Positions 1-60,753 of a stretch of DNA of 64,000 bases are shown one piece after another; the first letter of the stretch is position 1; each line of letters opens with the position of its first letter. The DNA lies in contig OZ024743.1 in NCBI GenBank assembly GCA_964016885.1, positions 259,842,001 to 259,906,000 of the forward strand. Reading direction: 5' to 3'. A program made the position numbers and the translations under genes. The notes below the pieces were generated by a model. The model searched no databases. It was not told the origin of the DNA and saw only the letters and a program-made list of their open reading frames with translations. This DNA is from Eledone cirrhosa. Taxonomy: Eukaryota.

Positions 1-72
<72 letters not shown>

Positions 73-113
73 CACACACACACGCACACACACACACACA
101 CACATACACACAT

Positions 114-157
<44 letters not shown>

Positions 158-377
158 ACACACACATATATATATATATATACATACATAAAGGAATTTG
201 GTAAAAGTGATCAGAATACTTAAATAAAGATGCTTATTTAAACGATTTACAGTGGTTTAAATCAAACCACGCAAAAATCTTTAGTGACTTGGTTTTGTGT
301 TAGTTACTGTACTTGTTTTTGAAATATGATCTAAAAGACATATTTGTCTTACATTATTTTCTCATCCTTCCGGGATG

Positions 378-1056
378 GGCGGTGGATTGGCAGTATCGGT
401 AGAGGGTCAGACACCATGCTTTCCAGCATAGTTACGTCCCTTTACGATCTGAGTTCAAATCCCGCCGAGGTTGACTTTGCCTTTCATCCTTACGAGGTCG
501 ATAAAATAAAGTACCAGTAATGCACTGGAATAATTGATGGCCTTGTGCCAAAAGTAGAAACAATTATTTTCTCATCCTTCCGGTGAATTGGCAGTATCGG
601 TAGAGGGTTGGATGCCATGCTTTGATGCATAGAGTTACGGCCCTTGCCATTCTGAGTTCAAATCCCGCCGAGGTTAACTTTGCCTTTCATCCTTACGGGG
701 TCGATAAAATAAAGTACCAGTAATGCACTGGGTAATTGCTGGCCTTGTGCCAAAAGTAGAAACAATTATTTTCTCATCCTTCCGGTGTCGATAGAATAAA
801 GTACCAGTAATGCATTGGGTAATTGCTGGCCTTGTGCCAAAAGTAGAAACAATTATTTTCTCTTGTGGCGGTCGATTAGCAGTATCGGTAGAGGGTCGGA
901 CGCCATGCTTTGACGCATAGAGTTACGGCCCTTGCAATTCTGAGTTCAAATCCCGTCGAGGTTAACTTTGCTTTTCATCCTTACGGGGTCGATAAAATAA
1001 ATTACCAGTAATACACTGGGTAATTGCTGGCCTTGTGCCAAAAGTAGAAACAATTA
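378..1056 (+). mobile_element. Tandem cluster of 3-4 tRNA-derived SINE copies
   Basis: Repeated GGCGGTGGATTGGCAG...GAGTTCAAATCCC (B box)...CCTTTCATCCTTACGGGGTCGATAAAATAAAGTACCAG...GTAGAAACAATT. Confidence 0.85.
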
Positions 1057-4000
1057 TTTTCTCTTGTGGTTGACAGAATTACTCAAGATACAATTTCAGT
1101 GATGAAGAAACATCTAGGTTAGACGTAATTAACATCTAGGTTAACAGTAAATTAATGTTCCTAGCAGCGGTGTTCAAACAATATAAGATATGGTGTTCGA
1201 AGATAAGGCAATAACAATACGCGGTAAGTCAATCTGATATATATTACGTCCGCGCAAATAACTATAAAAAGCAAAATATATATAACAGCGTATTAAGCTG
1301 GCTTAGGTTAATGGAAATCTAACGGTGGTATATATATATATATATATATATATACAGACGCAGTTCACAGCTCTGCACCACGTTTCGTACAATACTTACA
1401 CTTTATTTCAACTCCAAACTTCATCTCACAGTATTATTAGACTAGAACTCCACGTGACTGCTGGTGCCATTTCAGTCAATATTATCGATCGAAATATTTA
1501 TATCCTGAAAGATAACAATACTTGTATTTTCCATATCTTATAAGATAATTCTCTTTACTACATTACTATCATCCTTATCATCACCCCACCACCATCACCA
1601 CTGTCATCACCTTCCTCCACCACCACCACCATCATCACCACCAACACCACCAACAGTATCGCCAACGACATCACCACCACCAAAAACAACAACACCAAAG
1701 CTGCTGTCACTATCACCATTAATATTACAACTAAAACAACTACCACATTGAGCTCAAGAAAAGATAATCGTTGGTAATACACCCAATTACACTTGACTTC
1801 TAAGATATCGCTATTTCTAGCCTGAAGTCATTTATCTTCACAATGAAATTCATAGCAATGATTTTTTAGAGGCGAGAGTTCTGATATAACTTGCGGCAAT
1901 AAAGTATTGATGACAGCATGGGACATGTATGATAAAACAGCGAAGATTATAGACAACCATAGAATATTCTTTTCAGTCATTCTTTGCATGTTTCATCAAC
2001 CTCTTCTCTCTCAAAAATACATTGTGTTATATTTTGAAATATTTACAATCATATAATATCCAATATTCCAATAATATTTAAATAATTTCTAATAGCAATA
2101 TCGCTCTTACCTTATCATTATGCTATGATGAGCTAAGTATCATAGTTACATTATTGTACATATAGTATGCGATGTAATTTTTGGATTTCATTTTTAGATC
2201 GTCATGTTTGAAATGGTTTAAAGATTATTTTAAATAAATTTAAACATTACACATTAAATTTCTTGTTAAAAATTCAACATCATCTCTTTGTTTTAGTGTT
2301 ATGAAAACCCTTAAACTAGTGTAATGATACACAAAATTTACCCTACTAATGACCCCTCTCATGTAAAACAATTTTACCCTAGAATTGCTCATAATCAAAT
2401 AATGTTAAATGGTGAGACGAACAAAAGAGAGCAAGAAACGTTTATACTTATAAAATAAAAAAATAGGTATCCTATCCAATAGCATATATGTACATATTGG
2501 GCTATAAAGAAAGTACTTGGAATTTTTAACGGACCCAATACTTGGAACTGATGAATTTTTGTAATATATAATCTTATTTTACTACTAAAACCAATGAAAG
2601 ACAATGACAGACTATTCCAGTGACGTCTCTCTTGAACCGCTCTATATATTGAACGTCCCCAAATGATCCAATGTGTCCAGTAAACATCAGTTTATGTGAT
2701 TAATTGAAAAAGCCTATCACAATAATAGTTAGAAATATATAAGCTAATCATTCTTAAATAAACCATATTCACCATTATTCTAAACTATTCTATATACTAA
2801 GTTATACACGTATACTATACTATATGTGATTCCCTTTGCTCAAATAAATTCTGTGGCCTTTTGCCTAAATCCCAATTTAATATTTTGATACAGCAGAGAC
2901 CTCTTTATAAACTTTCTAATTTTAAATTCCAGTTACGCTTCTTATAAGATTTAGGTGGGTATGTATATAAAGGTCACACAAACTCATTTTCTCTCAACTC
3001 AAATGATTAATTTACGTGGCTTCATATATATAGACGAGGAAGCTAATGAGATACAGTTAGATCATATATCAGCTCATTATTCATGAGATAACACCATATC
3101 TCGACGTTTCTCTATAATTTTTCTTTGGTAGAACACTTTGAATTTTATTACCTCGGTATACCTAATATCCGACAAGATGTTCCAGATTTCTTTGTAAGAG
3201 GGCGAACTGGCAGAGTGGTTTGAACGTCAGATTATTTACGGTATTCGTTCAGGCAGTCAGATTAAACTCCGCCGGGGTCAAATTTGACATTTGTCTTTTA
3301 GATATCGATAAAATAAAATACCAACCCAATCCTGGGTTCAATTCTTCTACTCTTTCCCCACATCACACCCTCTCTCCCCACCCTCCCAATCTCTACCCAC
3401 TTTCTCTCTCTCTCTCTCTCTCTCACTCTCTCACTCTCTCTCTCCCACCATACGTTCTCACCACCGATTCCCTCATCTCACTCACTCTCTATAAGAAATT
3501 GACTGTATTCAGCTCTTGAGATTTATGGGCTCTGCCGGATTTAAATGCCCAAGACTCGCTGTATGTTACGAAAGCGCACATACAACTCTATTAGAAATTA
3601 AGGGTCCATAGATGGAATTTTCTTCGTATATGTTGAAATTGGATCCGAAATCTTGGACACTCCATGTATTCAATATAGCCTATTCCACTTTAAAGTGATT
3701 GACTATTGGCGGATCTCTGCCACAGACCTGTTTACTTCCAGCACCTCAATATCTGGCAAGATATGAAACAATCCATAAGCCTTCTCGAATATCGTATTCT
3801 CCTCTAATACAGTAAGCTTGTGTGTGTGTGTGTGTGTGCGTGTGTTCGTGTATATGAGTGTGGGTGTGGGTGTGGGTGTAGGTGGGTGTGTATGCGTGTG
3901 TGTGTGTATGTGGGTGTGGGTGTTTATGTGTTTGTATGTGTGTGTATGTATGTTTATGCTGGCGTGTATGGTTTGTGTGTGTGTATGTGTGTGTGCATGT

Positions 4001-4190
4001 GTGTGAGTGCATGTGTGTGTGTGCAAGTGTGTATGTACAACCAGCTTAGTACCGACGACGATGAGGAGGCAGATTATGATGAAGATTATGATGATGATGG
4101 TGACAGTGATAAAGATGATGATGATGATGATGATGAGATGCGGATGATCATGATCATCATCGTGATTATCATCACCATCATTATGATCAC

Positions 4191-4223
<33 letters not shown>

Positions 4224-4737
4224 ATTCATCTTCATATCTATCATCATCATCATCATCATTATCATGATGATAATAAAGACGACAACGTCGGTGATATCGC
4301 TGACGATGTCCGTGGTTGTGAGTTGGGGAGGATACTGGTAGCTCTTGATGAAATTATTTCTTTTGTGTCCCAATTCCCTATAAAAAAATTAATTAAACCA
4401 ACCATAGCAACTTGGAAATATTTTATTAAACAGTCAACAAAAGAGCGAAATATCATCGTAGATAAAACATCGCCACCAGGGAGACTGTTTTAACATTGAT
4501 AAAAAAAAAACAGCTTAATCCAATTGTCAGCATGAATTGTACCTTTTATATGTGCTATTCCCCTTTTGTTTTGTGCAGGTAAGGGATAAATCAATATAAA
4601 AAATATTTATGAGTGGATTTTGTTAAATTGATAGATTACTTCCATAAATCTAAAAGCATATCTTCACATGGATTCAAAACATATGGGATTCGTTTATTCG
4701 CCACCTTCACATACGTGTCTAGATAGGCACATCCATA

Positions 4738-4781
<44 letters not shown>

Positions 4782-4804
4782 ACCCTCTCTCTCTCTCTCT
4801 CTCT

Positions 4805-4838
<34 letters not shown>

Positions 4839-4843
4839 CTCTA

Positions 4844-4877
<34 letters not shown>

Positions 4878-4932
4878 CCTCTCTCTCTTTCCACAAACAC
4901 GCACAACACACATATATATGTATATGTGTAAG

Positions 4933-5055
<123 letters not shown>

Positions 5056-5207
5056 GTGTGTGAGTCTGTGTGTGCATGTGTGTATGTGTGTGTATGTATG
5101 TATATCATAGGGACATATACGATATATTCATGTATAATAAACATAGGTTAGTCTCATTATGAATGTTTTTGATAAATATATAATCTTACATCTAAATAAG
5201 GTAATTA

Positions 5208-5261
<54 letters not shown>

Positions 5262-5467
5262 GTTAGAAACTCAGAGTAGTTTCTTACAATTAAATAGCTG
5301 TAAGAAAAAAGCTTTTCCGAGCCGTGTAATATAATTGAATATACAAGAGAGATGAACACTAATATAAACATACATGTGTTCGAATCGTAAGGACTAGGTT
5401 TGCTAGGGTGAAAAAATACTAACTACAGCAATATTGCTATATATATGTATGTATGTATGTATATACG

Positions 5468-5563
<96 letters not shown>

Positions 5564-7330
5564 TATATATACATATATATATATATATACATATATGTCT
5601 GTGTCAATGTGTGTGTATGCATCTACTATCTATCTATTTATCTATATGGGTTTGAATATTTAGAATTTATTGCATGCGTGCGTGCTACTGAGTGAAAAAT
5701 ATATTTTGTGTGATGAATATTTGTGTAGCCTTAGAAATTAATAAAAAGCAGAATTATTCACCTGAATTGTGGTTGTGGAAGATAGGTTTGTATTCCAAAC
5801 TAAGCACCAGGAACATAGCTAATCAAACGTATCGTTAGAATATGGGATATAATACGTTGCTCTATTCGTTCCGGTCTTCTGTGCACTAAGTTCAAATCTC
5901 GCCGAAATCAACCTTGCATTGCACCCTTTCAATACCGGTAAATAAAATACCATATTGACACTAAAGTCAATGCTTCTTCTATACTTTTCTCACCCCGCTC
6001 TACCTTGCTCTCTCGTTCTTTCTTTGGAAAGCGTCGACTGTGTTGAAACCTCGAGAGGTATGGTGTACGTTAGGTTTAAATATTCTCAAGACACACCGAA
6101 TATCATGATGGTGCCCCTGCGTCCCCGTCAGGTGTTAAGAACCCATGAATGCATGCAAACGTCATGAAATATTTTATTATATCTTGTGGTGTTATGCTGA
6201 AGTGGTGATGAAATACGTTAAAATATAAGTAGAGTTTAGTGGACCTTTTTCCTAATGTTCACCATATCATAATACACACGAAGCATTTTGTTGTGTTCAT
6301 TTCAGACATACAACAGATAAAAATGTCTTCCTTGACGGTCGCAAGAAAGACGAGATTTTTAATTTGATAAAAATATATTTTTCCTGGTTAATCTTTTTGT
6401 TTTTATTCATTAAACCTTTAAGATTTAGAATCAATAATAATTTATATTATAAATCGCAAATGATTGGAACTTTAACTGAACAGACTAAAATTGACTGGTG
6501 CAAATTTATGAGCGTAAACCGAAGAGCCAATGTATGTTTATGTTATTTTCCTTTTTTTAATTTCAGTTAGAATATTATTAATTGGAATTATGGCAAAGCA
6601 AAAATGAAATGCTATTAACTTGTCCAGTATTAGATCGACGTAGCTAGACAGAATAAACATTCTTTGAAAACATTCTGAGCTACAGAGCATTAGATTTCTC
6701 CTAAATGTATCTTCTTTGGTGTCTTCAAAAGCAGTGAAACGACACAGTTCTAAATTACATTTTCTTAACCAACATTAACTGTGTCATCTATCTGTCTATC
6801 GTTTACTCTGAATTCCTGATAGAGCCGTAGATGCGCAATTTTGACATACATCGTTTCCTGGGCATACTTAAAACCTGGTGGAGCCAATCTCCTCTCCAGA
6901 GAAAGAGAGAGAATGACAGAGAGGAAGTGAGAAAGAGATATAGAGGAAGAGTCAACCCCAGTGCAGGACTGACAGGTTATTTAGCGACATGGAAAGGACG
7001 AAAGACATAATTGACCCCAGAGAGGCGAAACGAATACTGCAAATTCGCCGCCATGACTGTGTTATAAAAATGTTAAAACTAATGTAATTCTTTTCTTCAT
7101 TTTTTCTTCTTTTACTTGTTTCAGTCACTGCAAGGCGGCCATGCTTGGGCACCATCTTGAAAGGATATAGTCGATCCTGTCGACATCATCTCTTATCCAT
7201 CAAGCCTAATACTTATTTAATCGACCCCCACTAAGTTATGGGTCATTCATAAAGTCACACAAACGCACACACACACATAGACACACACATACTCATACAT
7301 ATATATAAACATATATATACATATATATAT

Positions 7331-7377
<47 letters not shown>

Positions 7378-7442
7378 TACATATATATATATATACATAT
7401 ATACATATATATATACATATATACACATATATACGTATATAC

Positions 7443-7503
<61 letters not shown>

Positions 7504-7517
7504 TATATACACATATG

Positions 7518-7579
<62 letters not shown>

Positions 7580-8499
7580 AGTAACCAGGAACGAAGTCAA
7601 GGTTGCGCCATAAATAGACTTTATTAACATATGACAATTATTTCGATATCGGTGAGCTCAGAGTCGATCATATTGACCAGGCCTTGACTCTGCATCAACA
7701 ACTCATTAGATATGACATTTTCTGGGCGCAGAACGCATTCATACTTGGGTTATGTTTACATCGACACTAAATAGCAGTAAATTCTATAAATGTAATTTTT
7801 CTCAACTGTTAAGAATCAATCACTTATGCAGAATAAACAAATCTCTGGTAAACAATTTATATATCCAGTGTGTGCAAGAGTGAAAGGAAGTGAGGAAAGC
7901 GTAGAAAGATATTCCTGAGTTTGTCCTTCCCTCTAGATTATTTTACGATTACAATATGTTGGACTATTAACCTAAATTTTAACGATGTTATTTAGTTTTG
8001 TTTTATATTTACATTTTCAAAAAATGTTCCATCATCGGGATCTGCAATGGAAGCATAATATCGATTCAAATGTTTTAAATATTTCCTCTTTAAAAACTAT
8101 CTATAGCCCGATAAATCATAATATTATCAATAGCAAATTATCGCGACTATTTGATCGTTCAGAACGTCTTATTTCACAGCTCATTAGGTCGTTTCTCAAT
8201 TCGTAATCAGAACAATTTGTTGTCATCCACTAACTCATATCATACTTCCATATAGCAAATATATATATTTATTTAAAATAATTCATCGATTTAAAATTTT
8301 CTCAACAATAGAAAAAAAAATAAATTTAAACACATTGAGATACCTAGCTTTCAGATTATGAAGAACTGCTTTCAAAAAAATATTTTTTGTTCAAAATCGT
8401 AATTGTCTATCATATTTCTAGTACCTTAATTCGTATATCTGTATTCCTTCTTTTGGTTTCTCCTTGGATAGTATTTTGCAATTTTACACTTTCAAATAA

Positions 8500-9450
8500 C
8501 TTCTTCTTCTTCTTCTGAAAGAATCTTCAAGCCTACCTTCCAGCGAATCCTGTCAGAATCAACTGTATCTGGTTGACCAGGGTGGATCCACAAGCGAGAT
8601 TAGCTGAGCTCAGAAATATTATCCAATCATCTTGCTTATGATCTGCCCCTGGATATCCTGCCGGTTGATTTCGACTCGTATAATCTGTTCAGCGATTCTT
8701 TCCTGAAACGTGTTGACAACATATCCATAGTATCGGAGCTGGAATTTCTCAATTCCGAGTAGTTTGCGGCTCTACCCGGAATGACTCCCTGATCTCCGAG
8801 CTACTCACTCAATCGAGTAATGTTACTCCGAATACCCTTCGAATGTGCAATTGTGGCACTTTATTCAGCCTCCTATTTTCCAACACTCGTGCAAACGGCG
8901 CCGAGATACTTGAACTCATCCACCTGATTCAGTAGAAGTCCTTTCACATGTAGTGCATGTCGGAGGTCAGATGAGTTAAGTACTACCATGTCGTCTGCAA
9001 ATTCCGGCCGACAGATCCTACACCTACAAGTCTTAATACTGCTTCCAACCTGGCTGCGCATATCAATCCTGTTCGTGAAGATTATGAATAGGAGAGGTAA
9101 CAGTACGCAGCCTTGGCCGAGACTGACACCCACATTAAATATTCGCGCATTCATATATGGACTTTAGGGCATCAAGAATCTGTCCATCGATCCCCATACT
9201 CCTGCAGAACTTTTTACGGACTCTCCCGTGGTAGACAAACGTATGCATTTTTGAGGTCTCTGAAACAAAAATACACCTCATGGCAATACTCCAAAATCGA
9301 CAGTACCAGAATCAAGTAACTTTGTTGAGGAAACCCCGACTATATCTAGCCGGTAGCATTTGGCTTCCTTTTCTGGTTTCTGCTCATTACTTGTAAGGGT
9401 TGTAACGTTCCAGTTGCCAATTTTAAAGATTTTCTCTCCTCTGGTCCCTC
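8500..9450 (-). mobile_element. Internally deleted, decayed RTE-type LINE
   Basis: APE start (GNWNVTTL..LDIVGVS), RT pieces (GQGCVL.PLLFIIF, FADD, VDEFKYLG) and a (GAA)n tail at about 8500-8516. Confidence 0.75.
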
Positions 9451-9565
9451 TCTCGTGTCTCAAGATACGCAATCATTATGCATCCATCTCACACCGCCCA
9501 GGACAGGTCACAGGCCCACCACCAGTTCTCACTTCAATAAAGTTCCAAACGTCACCCATACACAC

Positions 9566-9662
<97 letters not shown>

Positions 9663-9709
9663 ACGTCCACAAAGAAGCATGTAATATCAGAGAACAATAC
9701 AATAATATA

Positions 9710-9887
9710 ATTGTTTCTACTTTTGGCACAAGGCCAGCAATTATCCCAGTTTATTACTGGTGCTTTATCTAATCGACCCCGTTTGGATGAAAGGCAAAGT
9801 TAACCTCGGCGGGATTTGAACTCAGACCATAAAGGGTCGTAACTCTATGCTGCAAAGCATGGCATCCGACCCTCTGCCGATACTGCC
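9710..9887 (-). mobile_element. SINE copy (same family)
   Basis: Reverse complement of the 378-566 consensus. Confidence 0.85.
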
Positions 9888-10114
9888 CTTACAAATACAA
9901 TATAATAATGGTAAGTTTAAGACTTGAAAGACAAAAGATCTTTAACATTTCGGATGTTAATATTTTTATCAGAAAATAGAAGCAGATTGAGGAAAGGATA
10001 TTTGGAAGTTAGAAAGAAAAGTAAGACATCGAGTGTCAACAGATAACAGGGAAAGGGACATAAAAGGACACAAAAAGCTTGTATTGTTAATCATCATGCG
10101 TGCTTGTACATATA

Positions 10115-10288
10115 CAGGGTGAGCCAGAATGCATGACTCACTTGATTATTTATAGATCTATTAAATTAAAAAAACAAACCTGTGAGGCATATTAAGAAAT
10201 AAAATAATAAATTAAAACAATATAATAACAATAAAATAAGCATGTTAAGAAATATAACTAACAAGCGAGTCGTGAATTCTGGCCCACC

Positions 10289-10291
<3 letters not shown>
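10115..10291. mobile_element. Tc1/mariner-type MITE
   Basis: TA|CAGGGTGAGCCAGAATGCATGACTCACTTG ... CAAGCGAGTCGTGAATTCTGGCCCACCCTG|TA: roughly 30-bp TIRs with TA TSD. Confidence 0.8.
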
Positions 10292-10369
<78 letters not shown>

Positions 10370-10731
10370 AAAGGTAAACAGAAATAGAGCACATATATCG
10401 ACACACAATCACACATAGCTCACGAGTTCCAATAGGTTTTGGAAGACAACAACTCAGATGCATGCTATTTTCGAGTAGTGAATGCAGAATTCATTATGTT
10501 GGGAGCTATGATAACACTTAACAAAGCATTTGTAACTTATTTTGTAAAAGAATTATAAATATTCTATAGACAGTAGGGCCTTTTGCTTCTATCTCTCTAT
10601 ATCAACTCTTTGTGTTATTTTTTTTACAGATATATGGAATTCAAGTAGAGTATCTAACAATACTTCTTTGATTCGTCTCTCCTAATTTACCAATATATAT
10701 ATGTGTGTGTGTGTGTGTGTGTTTTATTACA

Positions 10732-10801
<70 letters not shown>

Positions 10802-11334
10802 TTTAATAAACAATACAATATAATTATTCCATTACCCAAGGTTTCACGAAGTTAGACGATTCTAACAGAAACGTATGATCGCTCATCAGAAGGAATCTTT
10901 ATTTGGATATAAGATATGAAATTAAAATCGATTATAAATGAAAGAAAGTGAGGCTGAAATAAAATAACAGAAAAAATTCATGTACACACAGAATCAGATA
11001 TACATAGATGCGCACATACGTAAAATTAGGGATAACATTTTATTGTAAGATGCATTAGAAGGTGTCGGAATGTTTCTAATAGAGTAATCCATTTCATATA
11101 TATCCATATTTAATGTTGGTTGGTTAATTTCCTATAACCGTAGTGTGCTCAAATTATCGGCTGGAAGATGCCAATCAAATTTGCAAGATGCAGAATTTGC
11201 TTTAATTTCTAAAATCAGGTTAATTTTAAAATAATTTTAAAAAATTAAAATATATAGACATGTATATACTGTAAAATGAAATTGGAAGGCCATATATATA
11301 TATGTGTGTGTGTGAGTGTGTGTGTGTATACATG

Positions 11335-11366
<32 letters not shown>

Positions 11367-12185
11367 TATATTTGTGGGGGGGGGGGGTCTGTGACCTATA
11401 CGCACTGCTCACAGACACACACTCACTCAGGAACCTTTCCTATTTACCAGGATACAATAATGCTGTATTCCATTTTTTGAAGTCACTTGTTATTATTTCA
11501 TTCAACAACACCACCTGCTCCCCCCTCTCTCTCTTCCATTTCCTTCTCTGTCTCCTTCTCTCTCTCTATGTCTCTCTTTCAATCTACTCTCTCACAGCCT
11601 CTATCTCTTTCTCTCTATCTTTCTCTCACTCTATTTATGAAGATACCCATAAAACCCCGTATCTCGGGAACCCATGCTCCAATTTACGCGAAACTTATTT
11701 TATTCAATTTGTATACCACTTTCAGGGGCAACTTCCTTTCAAAGTATTTTACCATTATTTGCCGTTTTGGCTGTATTAAATTACAGACAAGCACACAAGC
11801 ACAGCGTTTTAGTAGTATATAGATATGTGTATATATACATATATGTGTGTGTACGTGTGTGGGTGTATTTCTATGTGTATTCATACAGATACACTCAGAC
11901 ACACACACATTAAAGTCAATCAAATTTTCTTTAAACAATGCACAGAGGGAAGGAGACCTTACTGCTTAATATGTTTCACCACCAATACCTGGTATGCCAG
12001 GTATTGTATTCTGTTACCATCTAATATTTGTTGTAATTGGAATATCTGGTGCGTTAAGGGATTTGAAATTATGGCTGGTTGGATTTACCCAGAAAACACT
12101 AATATATATGTATATACTGTAACCTTGAAGCGGCACCATTTTCTTCAGGATCTGAATCACATGACTAAGGGCACTTATACTATCA

Positions 12186-12223
<38 letters not shown>

Positions 12224-12251
12224 TAAACTTGATAGTATAAGTGCCCTTCAG

Positions 12252-13428
<1,177 letters not shown>

Positions 13429-13543
13429 ACGTGAGAGAGATAGAGATGGAGGATTGGGTGTGAAGGTGGAGTAAGGAAGCAACAAAATAGTAGAGAGACA
13501 AATTGTGAATGAGAGACATTTATTAACATTAAAGAGTTCTGTT

Positions 13544-59703
<46,160 letters not shown>

Positions 59704-59783
59704 CTACAAGTGTATATGAACCAAACTTTATACACACACACACAGCTGATGCGCTGTAATATCACCGATACTGAGGGGCTGTG

Positions 59784-59835
<52 letters not shown>

Positions 59836-60699
59836 GTTTCTACGTTAGGCACAAGGCCAGCAATTATCCAGTGCATTACTGGTACTTTATTTTATCGACC
59901 CCGTAAGGATGAAAGGCTAAGTTAACCTCGGCGGTTATATAATGGAACTCGCACCTGCTATTTTCGCGATAAGTGTACTAGCCGACTTCACCGAAAATCC
60001 CACCCGCTTTCCACCGTTAAATTCAGAAGCTATAATTTAATAGCGATATATATGGACATGATCACATGTTGAGAAAAGACGTTAGAATTTAAAAATTGAA
60101 TTGTATTAGTAACTTTCACCGTATTGTTTTACTACAAAACATAGTCTAATAACAGGGCGTATAAGCCTTCAAAACCGGGAAAATGGGCATCAGGAAGCGT
60201 GGGAATTGAACCTAAACCTCTTATATATGTGATAAGGTTCTGGCTCTTACACAAACAAAATTGGTATCAGCATGTGTGGGAATTAGTCTAGCACACATAA
60301 CCGGAAAATAGGTGTGGGTTCAATTCCCTCGCTTGCTGATGCCAATTTTTGTCCACTCTGGTGGCTTATACGCCTTGTTATTAGACTATTTTCTGTAGTA
60401 AAAAGAATACGGTGAAAGCTACTAGTCCAATGTACACACACACAGACCCCCCCCCCCCCATACACGCACGCACACACACATTTATATATATAGACAGATA
60501 GATAGATAAACCACGTCGTCGTCAGTTGGAGTCTGCTAGATGGCGCTACGTCATCAGTTTCCAAATTCATAGCTAAAGGCTTTCAAAATGTCTATTCGTA
60601 AACATACTGTGTATCGCTAGATATACAAAATACGCATACTTATATGTTTACAGCTATGTTAGAGCGAACACCTAAATATATATATATGTGTGTGTGTGT

Positions 60700-60753
<54 letters not shown>

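Noticed and set aside
378-1056. tRNA genes or a CRISPR-like repeat-spacer array
   Set aside because: A/B boxes without a cloverleaf and dispersed copies with TSDs indicate SINEs; the context is eukaryotic with no cas genes.
1558-1782. Hydrophobic Val-rich ORF (also the Ile/Asp-rich ORF 3820-4341) as the missing TM exon
   Set aside because: They derive from (CAC/CAT)n trinucleotide repeats with no convincing splice context.
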